A stretch of 64,000 nucleotides of DNA, taken from contig CAVYXJ010000009.1 of NCBI GenBank assembly GCA_963772455.1, positions 128,001-192,000 on the forward strand, in the 5' to 3' direction. The notes below the pieces were generated by a model. That model was not told the origin of the DNA and did not search any database. It worked only from the letters and a program-made list of their open reading frames with translations. The stretch is from Candidatus Bathyarchaeota archaeon (GTDB taxonomy: Archaea; Thermoproteota; Bathyarchaeia; Bathyarchaeales; Bathycorpusculaceae). This document shows positions 40,601-51,569 of this stretch, piece by piece. How positions within the stretch are numbered: the first letter of the stretch is position 1; the number at the start of each line of letters is the position of its first letter. Made by a program: the position numbers and the translations under genes.

Positions 40601-41719
40601 TTAAGTTGTTGGAAGTTGGTGTCCGTCGAATGTTATAGATTGAATAGTTACTTCGTCGATTTGCACGACGTTTGATGGCAGTTTTGCATAAGAGAGTTGT
40701 GGAGCCAAGTTTTGACCTTCATGTGTAACGTACCAGAGGAATTGAACGAGTGCTGTTGCTTTTTCTTGTGTCATGTCAGACAGTACATTGAGCTCTTTGT
40801 AACACAGCAAGTAAGTGAAACTGACAATGGGGTACGCGTTTGCGTCTGGAGCATTAAGTAAGCTTACGTTGATCCAACTTGCATCACCTGCAGGTAAACC
40901 GCTTGAGGCACCAGATTGAACAGCTAACTGCGTTGAATCTAATGATGGTTGAACATAATTTCCAGCTGGATTTTGAATTGCTGCAACTGTCATTCCATTT
41001 TCAAGTATGTAGGCTAATTCAACATAACCTATTGAATATTGTATACCTTGCACAGATGAAGCAACTCCTGTATTGCCATTTGAACCTGATCCGACTGGCC
41101 ACGCTACTGATTTGCCTTGTCCAATTGAACTGTTCCAGGTTGTGCTTGATTCGCTTAGGTATCCTGTGAATATGAAAGTTGTTCCTGAACCGTCTGAACG
41201 ATGCACTGTATTGATCGCTTGTGCTGGAAGGGTAATAGTTGGATTGATAGATTGGATTGCGGGGTCATTCCAAACGGTTATTGTTCCTTGATAGATGTCA
41301 GCTATGATTTTGCCAGTTAAATGAAGACCTGAAACAATACCAGGTAAATTATACGCGACTGTTACTGCACCTATTGTTTCTGGAATATGCAATGCATTCG
41401 GAATATTTGCCGAATCTGAAGCACTAAGTGGTGCATCAGAAGCTGCAAAATCAACGGTTGGCGTTGGTTGTTTGTAAGCGGATATTCCGCCTCCACTACC
41501 AATTGATTGATAATTTATTTGTACATTGGGTTTCACATTTGCTGTATAGTTCTTTATCATTGAGTCGAGAAGCGGATAAGGGAATGTTGCTCCAGCGCCC
41601 TGTAGGATTATTTTTGCAGATGGGGCAGTGGGTTGTGAGAGGTATACATAGGCTGCAATTGAACCAATTATTATGACGATTGCAACAATTGCGATTATGA
41701 TTCCGTATTTAGTATTCAT
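40601..41719 (-). CDS. pstS: Phosphate ABC transporter substrate-binding protein
   Basis: N-terminal TM anchor, GAGATFP, GSGGG, FAASD, RSDGSGTT, IGYVE, YPI. Confidence 0.96.
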   Translation of the reverse strand: MNTKYGIIIAIVAIVIIIGSIAAYVYLSQPTAPSAKIILQGAGATFPYPLLDSMIKNYTANVKPNVQINYQSIGSGGGISAYKQPTPTVDFAASDAPLSASDSANIPNALHIPETIGAVTVAYNLPGIVSGLHLTGKIIADIYQGTITVWNDPAIQSINPTITLPAQAINTVHRSDGSGTTFIFTGYLSESSTTWNSSIGQGKSVAWPVGSGSNGNTGVASSVQGIQYSIGYVELAYILENGMTVAAIQNPAGNYVQPSLDSTQLAVQSGASSGLPAGDASWINVSLLNAPDANAYPIVSFTYLLCYKELNVLSDMTQEKATALVQFLWYVTHEGQNLAPQLSYAKLPSNVVQIDEVTIQSITFDGHQLPTT

Positions 41720-41760
41720 ATTTCCTTTCCTCGTTTTTATATTACTAAATCATGTAAAGC

Positions 41761-41803
41761 TTTTATATAGTAGATCGATATAAAAATCATAATCTATATA
41801 GAT
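41761..41803. promoter_or_regulatory. Divergent pstS / regulator promoter region with TATATA repeats and palindrome ATCTATATAGAT
   Basis: Palindrome at 41792-41803; CATAATCTATATA (41788-41800) is repeated exactly at 43131-43143. Confidence 0.5.
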
Positions 41804-41818
41804 CTAACTAATATTGAC

Positions 41819-42898
41819 GTGACCAGAAAGAGTAACCTTATGTCAAGAGTGTCTAAAGAAACAGAAAAAATAAGCGAAGAACAACGTAAACTTCAGGTAA
41901 CAGGCGGTTCAACATTCATTTTATCCCTGCCCAAAGATTGGGCCACTAGAAACGAACTCAAACGTGGAAGCTCAATGGTAGTTCGTGAGGAAGAAGACGG
42001 GTCACTATCAATTGCACCAGCAAGTTTCCCGAAAAAAGAAAAACAAGATGAAGCCTACATAAAAGCATCATTAAACGATAACCCTGACGCTATTATGAGA
42101 ACGGCGATTTCAGCCTATTTGAGCGGTTACAACGTTCTACATATAAGGGCACAAGGGCAAAAAGTGCTCTCGTCTAAGCTTCGAAACCATCTAAAAACCT
42201 TCGCAAGACACTATCTGGTTGGAACAGAAATTGTTATCGATACCCCAAGTGAATTAACCCTACAGGTTTTACTTAATTATCCTGAATTAACAGTTCAAAA
42301 CGCTTTAAGCAGAATGTCAATAATCGCTTCATCCATGCATAAAGAAGCCATAACAGCCATAAAAAACCTTGATTATTCCAGCGCTAAATCAGTCATAGAA
42401 ACTGACCGTGAAGTTAACCGTTTCAGCCTTTATATCGTGAGACTATTGAAGTTGGCCGTTTCAAATCAGCGAATTGTAAAAGATATAGGTTTAACCAGCC
42501 AAAAAGAATGCTTAGGATATAGACTGATAGCGAAGTCTGTTGAGCGAACAGCTGATCATGCAACTAAAATCGCTGAAAACATACTACTCCTTAAAGAGCC
42601 TGTAAACGAAGAAATTCTAGAAAAGATTAGCCAACTAAGCGATTTAGCTATTTCAATGTTTGAGTGCTCCATGGAAGCTTTGTTTAAACATGATTTCAAC
42701 TTAGCTGAAGGTGTAATTGAAAAATTATCCCAAGTCCATAAGGTTGAAAAAGAAACGGTTTTGTACTCAAATAACGCAAAAATTGAAGAAATTGTTAATT
42801 TGAGATTGTTAATTGAGAGTGTCAGACGAACGGCGGAGTATGCTACAGATATTTCTGAAGTTGTCCTGAATTTGAACGTTGAATCAGTTTTAAGTTAA
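41819..42898 (+). CDS. Archaeal phosphate uptake regulator (AbrB-like N-terminus + PhoU domains)
   Basis: RKLQVTGGSTFILSLPKDW AbrB-type motif; VERTADHA and RRTAEY PhoU repeats; divergent from pstS. Confidence 0.9.
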   Translation: MTRKSNLMSRVSKETEKISEEQRKLQVTGGSTFILSLPKDWATRNELKRGSSMVVREEEDGSLSIAPASFPKKEKQDEAYIKASLNDNPDAIMRTAISAYLSGYNVLHIRAQGQKVLSSKLRNHLKTFARHYLVGTEIVIDTPSELTLQVLLNYPELTVQNALSRMSIIASSMHKEAITAIKNLDYSSAKSVIETDREVNRFSLYIVRLLKLAVSNQRIVKDIGLTSQKECLGYRLIAKSVERTADHATKIAENILLLKEPVNEEILEKISQLSDLAISMFECSMEALFKHDFNLAEGVIEKLSQVHKVEKETVLYSNNAKIEEIVNLRLLIESVRRTAEYATDISEVVLNLNVESVLS

Positions 42899-42928
42899 GT
42901 TTTTTTTTTAAAAAAAAGTCTTATGACT

Positions 42929-43063
42929 TTAGTTTATGCTTGAATTGTCAATTAGGTGAGCTGTGCCGTCTGGGCAGTAGACTTTGTCGCCTTTTATGGC
43001 TTTTTGGTATCGTTTGCTGCATTCTTTAAGTTTTGAGCAGCCATCACAATCTCTTGATATCAT
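42929..43063 (-). CDS. Unannotated 44-aa Cys-rich protein
   Basis: MISRDCDGCSKLKECSKRYQKAIKGDKVYCPDGTAHLIDNSSIN*; strong GAGGTGA Shine-Dalgarno upstream. Confidence 0.7.
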   Translation of the reverse strand: MISRDCDGCSKLKECSKRYQKAIKGDKVYCPDGTAHLIDNSSIN

Positions 43064-43180
43064 TCTTCTTTTTCACCTCTACATTTGTTCAATTTACCAT
43101 ATAACCAAAGTCACCTATAGAGATAACTTCCATAATCTATATATAAAAAATAGATTTTTGTTAAAAAAATCCAAAAAATC

Positions 43181-43879
43181 ATGGGAACATTTAAGAAACA
43201 AACAAAACACTCACAAACAGCAATGAACCAAAAAAGATGGCAAACAAAAGGCATTTTCTTAGACTTAGACGGCACCATCGTAGATTCTACAGGAGCTTAT
43301 CTTGAAGCAGCCCAAATTGCATTCCAAACTATTGGAAAAAAGACCCCGGAGAACCAAATACTTCTCGAAATCCCAAAAAGAATAGAACAGCACTTCACAA
43401 TCGACGACTTAACTCAAGGACACAAAAAAGAGTTCATGCAAATCTACTTAAAATCATACTATTCCGCCACAGAAACAAAAACCAAACTCTTCCCAAACAT
43501 CTCAGCAACACTTGAGGCACTTTCAACAAAAGCTAAACTAGCACTAATAACTATGCGCCATTGCCCAAACCAAGTTATCCAAAAAGAACTGGATTATTTT
43601 GGGATAGCAAAATACTTCACCCACATCGTAACCGCAATGGACACCACTAAACCTAAACCTTCGCCTGAAGCTTTAATCCAATGCGTAGAAGCCATGGACC
43701 TGGAAATGTGCGATTGCATCATAGCGGGAGATTCAGTCAATGATGTACGGGCGGGAAAAGCTGCTGGCGCAAAAACCGTAGCGGTGCTCTCAGGGCTATT
43801 TAATCGTGACGAACTGGCAAAAGAATGCCCAGATCTAATTTTACCTAACATTAGTTCCCTTCCAGAATTCATCGAGTAA
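43181..43879 (+). CDS. HAD-superfamily phosphatase (phosphoglycolate phosphatase-like)
   Basis: DLDGT.VDS, KPSP, GDS.NDV.AG. Confidence 0.88.
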   Translation: MGTFKKQTKHSQTAMNQKRWQTKGIFLDLDGTIVDSTGAYLEAAQIAFQTIGKKTPENQILLEIPKRIEQHFTIDDLTQGHKKEFMQIYLKSYYSATETKTKLFPNISATLEALSTKAKLALITMRHCPNQVIQKELDYFGIAKYFTHIVTAMDTTKPKPSPEALIQCVEAMDLEMCDCIIAGDSVNDVRAGKAAGAKTVAVLSGLFNRDELAKECPDLILPNISSLPEFIE

Positions 43880-43980
43880 ACTTTCTTTTGTTATATCAGA
43901 AACCGACATATTGCTATAATCCGCCTAAGGCAGTTATATGGCGCTGGAAAAATAAGGTTTAATTAAAACCTCTATCTTAA

Positions 43981-44628
43981 GTGAATGTGGAGAGGGCTTC
44001 AGCGGAGATTAGTATGAACTTTGTAGAGATTATGCTAGGGGAGAAATTGAAAGATGCGGATCCAGCTCTAGATATAATGGGGTCGGATCGCAAAGTATTG
44101 CAGGTTGCCTGCCAAGACTTCACCAATTACCTCAAGTTCCATTGGAACCTGATAGGAAAGGAATCAAACCAATGTGAATTAGTGGAGAAACTGGAGAAGC
44201 TATTCAAAGAAGATGCTGCTGAACTAAATGCGTTTTTGAATGTTTGGACTGGTATTTGGTTCAAGAAATGGAAAGAACGTGTAAAGCTCCTTATCGGCAA
44301 CCAGAACGCTAACAAATGGAACAAAATGTCCAAAACACTCGCCAACGTTGAACCTTTATGGCGCAAAATAGAGCACAAACAAGAACTCCAAGAAGTTGTA
44401 GTTGCTACCCTTATAAAGAATGGAGAGATTTGCGGAACTGAAATCTTGGCTGAGAACTTGTTGAAGATGGAGCTTGGAGAAAAAAATCTTGAGAACGCCA
44501 GCGACAGAGATAGACTCTTTACAACGTTAAACTGCGCTCTACGAAAGGCTCGAGAAATGGCACAAAGCCGGGGTCCACTAATCTTTGTTAAAATAGACAA
44601 AGGCTACTATAACGCACTAAACGAGTAA
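43981..44628 (+). CDS. Hypothetical protein
   Basis: Clean 215-aa ORF with protein-like composition followed by a T-rich tract. Confidence 0.7.
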   Translation: MNVERASAEISMNFVEIMLGEKLKDADPALDIMGSDRKVLQVACQDFTNYLKFHWNLIGKESNQCELVEKLEKLFKEDAAELNAFLNVWTGIWFKKWKERVKLLIGNQNANKWNKMSKTLANVEPLWRKIEHKQELQEVVVATLIKNGEICGTEILAENLLKMELGEKNLENASDRDRLFTTLNCALRKAREMAQSRGPLIFVKIDKGYYNALNE

Positions 44629-44802
44629 GCACTCCAAAATTTTTCTTTTCAGTATTTTATTTTTTTAAGGTCAAGATCCGACTCTGTTTTATAAGCTTAA
44701 CAAATTATCAAATACTGTCTAGTCAATTATGGAAAAATGAGCCAACTTTTCTGTTTACAAATAACAAAAAACTTTAATTCAAAAATATTGAAGCTTGACG
44801 AT

Positions 44803-44991
44803 TTAGAGGACTCTTTGTCTTTGCAGAGTCTTTGTTCGCCAATTATACCGTCTGATAGTTGCTTGTTCGCCAAAACCACATGCTGCACAACGTTTATGTC
44901 GTACGTGATATGCACGTCTGCCGCAGCGCCTGCACATAATATGGACAGTTTTGCCCTGGCGCTTACCCTGTGATGGAGTTCCTTTACCCAT
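44803..44991 (-). CDS. rpl37e: 50S ribosomal protein L37e
   Basis: KGTPS.GKR..K..HI.CRRCGR..YH.....CAACGF. Confidence 0.96.
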   Translation of the reverse strand: MGKGTPSQGKRQGKTVHIMCRRCGRRAYHVRHKRCAACGFGEQATIRRYNWRTKTLQRQRVL

Positions 44992-44996
44992 TTAAC

Positions 44997-45224
44997 TCAC
45001 CTAGGTGGCGGTGAAATAAGGACTACGTTGTCTCCTCGGACAATAATGAGTCCCAGTTTCTTTTGGTCTTCAACAACTGTTGTGTCTTCTGTCTCTTCTA
45101 GAACTAAGTTTAAGTGTTGATCGAAACCCTTCAGTCTTCCCCTGAGGCTTTTTCCACCTTTTAAGCGTACAAGTACGATTTTGCTGAGGTTTTGTTCAAG
45201 GATTTCGGTTGTCATTTCGCTCAT
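44997..45224 (-). CDS. Sm-like (Lsm/SmAP) RNA-binding protein
   Basis: V.LKGG....G.L.GFDQHLNLVL, RGDNVV; canonical Lsm-rpl37e linkage. Confidence 0.95.
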   Translation of the reverse strand: MSEMTTEILEQNLSKIVLVRLKGGKSLRGRLKGFDQHLNLVLEETEDTTVVEDQKKLGLIIVRGDNVVLISPPPR

Positions 45225-45440
45225 TTTGGAATCCCCTTATAATATTATATCTCTATACTTTATCTCTCTCAATTTAAACCTATCTCATGGACTCAAGAAA
45301 ACAAATACTGGAAGACTTCCATTAGGAAAAGTAGGAAACTTCTGTGAAAGTAACATCCAAAGTTTGCTGGTTTGTTTGCTTGAACTTATAAGCCTGAGGT
45401 GCCCTAATTTTGGATAACAAACAAATGGGCAGCAAACACG

Positions 45441-46076
45441 ATGGCATTGATATTTGAATTCATAATTATTTTCCTAACAGGTTTCGCATTTAATTTAATA
45501 CCCTTTGCAGGACCCTCAAACTTGCTAATTGCGTCAACAGCTGCTATCGGTTTAGGAAATGCTGACGCGACTACACTAGTGATTGTCGGTGTCCTCATTG
45601 CCATGGGAGCAGCTTTAGCAAAAGGGATACACTACATGGTAACTTTCTTTGTCAGCGGACGTTTGAGCCAAAAAAGACAAGACCGTCTTAACGCTGACGC
45701 AAATAAAATCAGAAAATGGGCTTTTCCACTTCTGTTTTTGGTTGCAGCAACCCCGCTTCCTGATGAACCAGTTGTTATTCCACTTGGATTAATGAAGTAT
45801 AGTCCTACGAAGTTTTTTTCAGCATATTTCCTTGGTAAACTTACCATTGCGATTGTCGGAGCATTCATTGGACAAGAGGCAAGCAACTTGTTTTCAGGTT
45901 GGCTCACCCCCGAACAAATGTTTGTTGTTTCAATAGTTGTGTCAATCATTCTAACGGTTGTTATAACATTAATCCTGTTGAAAGTAGATATCGGCAAACT
46001 TTCGGAAAGATACTTTCACCGTAAAAGTACAAAGAATAATGAGATCACTCAAGAAAACCCTAATAAAGCCAGTTAA
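45441..46076 (+). CDS. DedA/VTT-family membrane protein
   Basis: N.IPF..P, GAA..K...Y, AATPLPD....IPLG...Y...KFF....GK. Confidence 0.8.
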   Translation: MALIFEFIIIFLTGFAFNLIPFAGPSNLLIASTAAIGLGNADATTLVIVGVLIAMGAALAKGIHYMVTFFVSGRLSQKRQDRLNADANKIRKWAFPLLFLVAATPLPDEPVVIPLGLMKYSPTKFFSAYFLGKLTIAIVGAFIGQEASNLFSGWLTPEQMFVVSIVVSIILTVVITLILLKVDIGKLSERYFHRKSTKNNEITQENPNKAS

Positions 46077-46099
46077 GAACCCAATAAAGATAGATAACA

Positions 46100-46603
46100 A
46101 TGCCAACAAAACAACGCAGGTACCCCTTAAAAGCCAAAGAAGCAAAGCAAATAGTTGAGGAAGCCTCAAAAACACTATCGCTTGACCTTGACGCATTGTT
46201 TGGTGTAAAAGCTAACGTTGAAATTGTTGAATCTGACGTGGGTGAAATCTATCTTATAGAAGGAAAACCAATCCTCTTCAAATCAGTCGATAGGATTCTG
46301 CCTACACTGCTATTCTCAGAGTTCATTGCCAAAGCCCCAAGAATAGTTGTTGACATGGGAGCTATCCCTTATGTTTGTAAAGGTGCAACTGTTATGGCCC
46401 CAGGAATTGTGCGAATTGAAGGCGAATTCACCAAAGGTGATCTCGTATTGGTGGTAGATATGAAACATGGCAAAGCCTTAGCTTTAGGAGAAAGTTTGCT
46501 TGATTCAGAAACCGCCAAACAAACCAAAAAAGGACCAGTAGCCAAAACCCTACACTATGTAAGCGATAAAATCTGGGACTACATCAAAACAATCGCTGAA
46601 TAA
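46100..46603 (+). CDS. Pre-PUA/PUA RNA-binding protein (MCTS1/Tma20-like)
   Basis: PTL, VVDMGA.PYV..GA.VMAPGI, LHYV.D.IW. Confidence 0.9.
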   Translation: MPTKQRRYPLKAKEAKQIVEEASKTLSLDLDALFGVKANVEIVESDVGEIYLIEGKPILFKSVDRILPTLLFSEFIAKAPRIVVDMGAIPYVCKGATVMAPGIVRIEGEFTKGDLVLVVDMKHGKALALGESLLDSETAKQTKKGPVAKTLHYVSDKIWDYIKTIAE

Positions 46604-47147
46604 TACATTGTGTCAGTTTCTATCTTTCATTCAAAATTCATTTAAGCAGAAAGCATATCAATTGAGAAGGATAGTTCAAAAGAAAGGATAATTAGATAAG
46701 AAAAAGTCGTCATCTAAAAAAGTATATATCAATACAAAACAACAACTTATTAAATAAACAAAAACTAAAACTTACCAAAAAGTCGAAAGTTGTTTTTATT
46801 GAACCACAAAACAATCTTTGCAATAACTCTCCTGACTAAAGCAATCATCGGAAGCACATTCCTGCTTAACCTAATCATAAATTAATCTCAACCTAAAACT
46901 GCACTCCTATACAAGATTGAAAATGCATTCCCAAATCTATCATTTGACCATCCTGGTCTGTCTCAACAAACAATTCAAACATAGCCGACTTAGAAAGTCA
47001 AAAAATATTGTTAGAGATACCACGCCTTTCAGAGAGCCATGTCTCAATAAACTTAATAATTAAAAAAATTTTATTTTTTTAAATAAAAGAAAGAAAAGAA
47101 AGATTTTGTTGCAACCCGGTTGATTTGGAGCTATATTGCTAATGTTA

Positions 47148-48860
<1,713 letters not shown>

Positions 48861-49044
48861 TTCAGACCTAACTGAGCAATTAGTCAGGTCCACATTTTAC
48901 TATTTTTTTTGTCCCCGCAATTGGAGGCCAACTCCGTCATTCCTGCAAGGCGAAATCGCCGTTTCGGTAGGGGTTGAGCCGCCGCCATGTGAAAATTGCG
49001 GGGCTAGCAATTATAGCTGAATTCTAACAGAAGCCTAGTCAACT

Positions 49045-49063
49045 GATATAAACATTTCTTTTC
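49045..49063 (-). promoter_or_regulatory. Probable BRE/TATA promoter of the 16S transcript
   Basis: Minus strand GAAAAGAAATG-TTTATATC just upstream of a GC-rich structured leader. Confidence 0.55.
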
Positions 49064-49550
49064 CATCTACACCAAGCATTGTGAATCCGATTAAATGTAT
49101 CTGTCTTAGATTTATGAGGCATTGGAAAAAGAATTTGAGGTTTTTTTACTGTTTTTTAAGGTTTTCTAATGGTTTCATATTGCAGGATTACAAGTTTTAA
49201 GACAGCGAAATTTTTAGTCTATGTTGCAGAGGGACTCGAAGATATTTTGATTAAAGTGGTTATTTTAAACTCCATGATAGCCCCCCGCCGCACATATTTG
49301 TTTAAAAATTTTTGTGCCAAGTAAAGTGACAAGGTATATTTCCTTTTTAACGCGAATCTAAATTTCATTAGTGGACACTTCAACAATCTCTCCTTCACCT
49401 GACAACTTTATTTTATGAATAATAACGAGTCAATTATGCTGAAATTTTCTATTTAGAGTAGTGTTTGTGGCTTCATTATGTGACAACATTATTTTATATC
49501 ATTTAGAAGCGTAGCGTGTTGTTAAGCAAGGAAATTACTAAGAGCCAACA

Positions 49551-49643
49551 TGTTAAGCGGGTCTGGCGGCTAAGACAAGAAAGGCGTTCCCCCACTGTTT
49601 TTGCGCCTTATCAAGGTTAGCCCGTGGCTAAATCCGCTTAACA
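49551..49643 (+). ncRNA. Candidate hairpin small RNA 1 (C-rich loop)
   Basis: TGTTAAGCGG/CCGCTTAACA, GGCTAA/TTAGCC and AAGGCG/CGCCTT stems enclose TTCCCCCACTG; GC-rich island in an AT-rich spacer. Confidence 0.45.
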
Positions 49644-49746
49644 AACATTTTTGCCCTTCAAATTTTAATTATTGTAGTAAACTTGTAACTGTAGGAGTAC
49701 AATCACATCATTATTTATTTCCCAAACGCTTAAAATAAATCAGGAA

Positions 49747-49818
49747 GGTTAGCTTAAATGCAGGCGAAGTGATTCCCCCTCTCTCTTCCGAATTTTCTCG
49801 CATGCGTTTAAGTTAACC
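49747..49818 (+). ncRNA. Candidate hairpin small RNA 2 (C-rich loop)
   Basis: 16-bp stem GGTTAGCTTAAATGCA/TGCGTTTAAGTTAACC with two G-U pairs on the + strand, inner GCGA/TCGC, loop containing TTCCCCCTCT. Confidence 0.45.
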
Positions 49819-49965
49819 CTCGCTCCATCTTATATTCAGCCAAACCCATCAAAAATCTTAGTATTTTTCAGTAAATTTAAAAAATTGCAATGAAGAATTT
49901 TCAATAGTCTTGCGAGTAAATAGCATATTTAAGCAACTTTTTCTCAGTCTATATTAGACTCCAAG

Positions 49966-50106
49966 ATGCCAATGTTCAAATGCGTAAAATGTGGATGCAA
50001 AAAACGGCTCGAGTTCGAAGTTTCAACCACTGGAGACGTTAAACGCAACATTGAGAAGGCACCATATTGCTGTGGCAAACCAATGAATGAAATCATCGAC
50101 GACTAA
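49966..50106 (+). CDS. Unannotated 46-aa desulforedoxin-like metal-binding protein
   Basis: MPMFKCVKCGCKKRLEFEVSTTGDVKRNIEKAPYCCGKPMNEIIDD*; CxxC...CCGxPM signature. Confidence 0.7.
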   Translation: MPMFKCVKCGCKKRLEFEVSTTGDVKRNIEKAPYCCGKPMNEIIDD

Positions 50107-50373
50107 CCAATGAATAGGCCTTATATAAAATTCATGCAACATGGATAGTCTCAGTTAATAATTTACTCTCATAAAAGTCTCTAAACACTGCTTTAAAAGT
50201 GTGTTAGCTTGAGCGGGATGGATATAATCTAAGATAATTTAAAAAAACGTTCCCAAAGCAAAAGATGCATTCAAAATTTTTCAGCGTAAAAATCCTTAAG
50301 TCAATAAATTGATTTCTGGACCAATATGAATATCATTATTCGATTTATTTCTTGAATAATGAACCTAAATAAT

Positions 50374-50682
50374 TTATAATTCTGGAACATCATCAAAGTT
50401 GTCAGAAGCCAAATTACTCTTAGTGTCAGTTCTAAGAAAATCTTGACCATTCACATTGATTAGATGCACTTCTTGACCCTTACGCCACTTACCAATAGCG
50501 GTCCTAAAAACAGTAGCATAAGTACAACCCTTCTTCATATTTAAAATAAGCTCACCCCTTGAAAGAACTATATTCTCGCAGACTACACAACCAAAATCCG
50601 AATGACATTCAACAGAATCAATAAATTTCTGATCAGAGCTAGTTCTTACTGCAGAGACCAAATAATCAGCCCATTTATCCAT
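50374..50682 (-). CDS. DUF3892-like protein
   Basis: KWADYLVSAV...W..G..V......G..FLRTD......DN...PE pattern. Confidence 0.7.
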   Translation of the reverse strand: MDKWADYLVSAVRTSSDQKFIDSVECHSDFGCVVCENIVLSRGELILNMKKGCTYATVFRTAIGKWRKGQEVHLINVNGQDFLRTDTKSNLASDNFDDVPEL

Positions 50683-50985
50683 AATATCACCTTCCGCAGT
50701 TCTAATTCAAAGTATTATTTAACGCTTATTACAATGGACCTTTCACGACAAGAAATATGCAAGAAAGATATTAAGCAATTTTGTGGATTTTTGTGGTTGT
50801 AATACTAGCTCCAAATTTTAAGTGAATTCTCGTCTAGAAATTGGCAAACAATATAGCGCCTCTTAGTAACGGACTCTCGAGAAGCTTTTTAATCCTATGT
50901 GGTTGACTAAGTGTTATAACAAAAATTAAAAAGGAATAAACTGATTTTTGTTGGCGATTAAATCGATTCTATTGAGGATAGTCAT

Positions 50986-51318
50986 CTAAAGTTTTAGCCA
51001 GAGTAGAATACCCATAATTAAACCGTAAATTGCTAATGCTTCAGCCAAAGCTACAATCAAGAAACTTTTAAAGAACGTTTCAGGTTTTTCAGCCAATGCA
51101 CTAATTGCGGCGCTACCAGCAGCAGAAATTGCAAGACCCGCACCTAATCCAGGTAATCCAATAGCTAATGCTGCACTAATTGCTATAGCGACTTTATCGA
51201 ACTGTCCGGTTGTCGATGTTTGATCTTGAACTGTGTCGATTGTAAATGCCGCTGCTACTCCCATGAGAGGAAGAAGCACTAACGTTAGAACAACGAGTAC
51301 TAATAGTTTAGTTTTCAA
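50986..51318 (-). CDS. atpK: A-type ATP synthase proteolipid subunit K (c)
   Basis: Leader-like N-terminus, GLGAG.A....G.AA....AEKPE, ion-binding Glu in ALAEALAIYG. Confidence 0.93.
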   Translation of the reverse strand: MKTKLLVLVVLTLVLLPLMGVAAAFTIDTVQDQTSTTGQFDKVAIAISAALAIGLPGLGAGLAISAAGSAAISALAEKPETFFKSFLIVALAEALAIYGLIMGILLWLKL

Positions 51319-51392
51319 TCTACGTCACTCCGATAACACTGGACACAACAAGCTTAGCTATTAACTTTTTTCTCAGTGAGATTCTATTCTCT

Positions 51393-51551
51393 TCATGGTG
51401 GAGACCCTAAGAGGTCTACATTCATTTTAGCAGCTTTATCTTTGAGATCATTCAGTTCTTGTTGAATTCTTTTTAATTCTTTTTCTGTTGCCCGCTCAAT
51501 TTCTTGGTTGAAATTGTTGAAGTCTTGGTCTAATTTCTCTTTATTTATCAA
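51393..51551 (-). CDS. Unannotated 52-aa charged coiled-coil protein in the ATP synthase cluster
   Basis: (M)INKEKLDQDFNNFNQEIERATEKELKRIQQELNDLKDKAAKMNVDLLGSPP*; TTG start, GAGG upstream, fills most of the usp-atpK gap. Confidence 0.55.
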   Translation of the reverse strand: MINKEKLDQDFNNFNQEIERATEKELKRIQQELNDLKDKAAKMNVDLLGSPP

Positions 51552-51569
51552 AGGTTGTTATCTGTCCTC

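Noticed and set aside
46604-47147. AT-rich gaps (also 49060-49500 and 61357-62120) as a replication origin
   Set aside because: No ORB-like repeats recognised and no cdc6/orc1 gene in the window
48880-49010. GC-rich structured segment as SRP RNA, RNase P RNA or tRNA
   Set aside because: Too short and lacks their conserved motifs; its position between promoter and 16S fits a pre-rRNA leader
49551-49650. Hairpin 1 as an H/ACA guide RNA (ACA follows the stem)
   Set aside because: The internal loop is ~30 nt from the ACA rather than 14-16 nt, and no K-turn motif is evident
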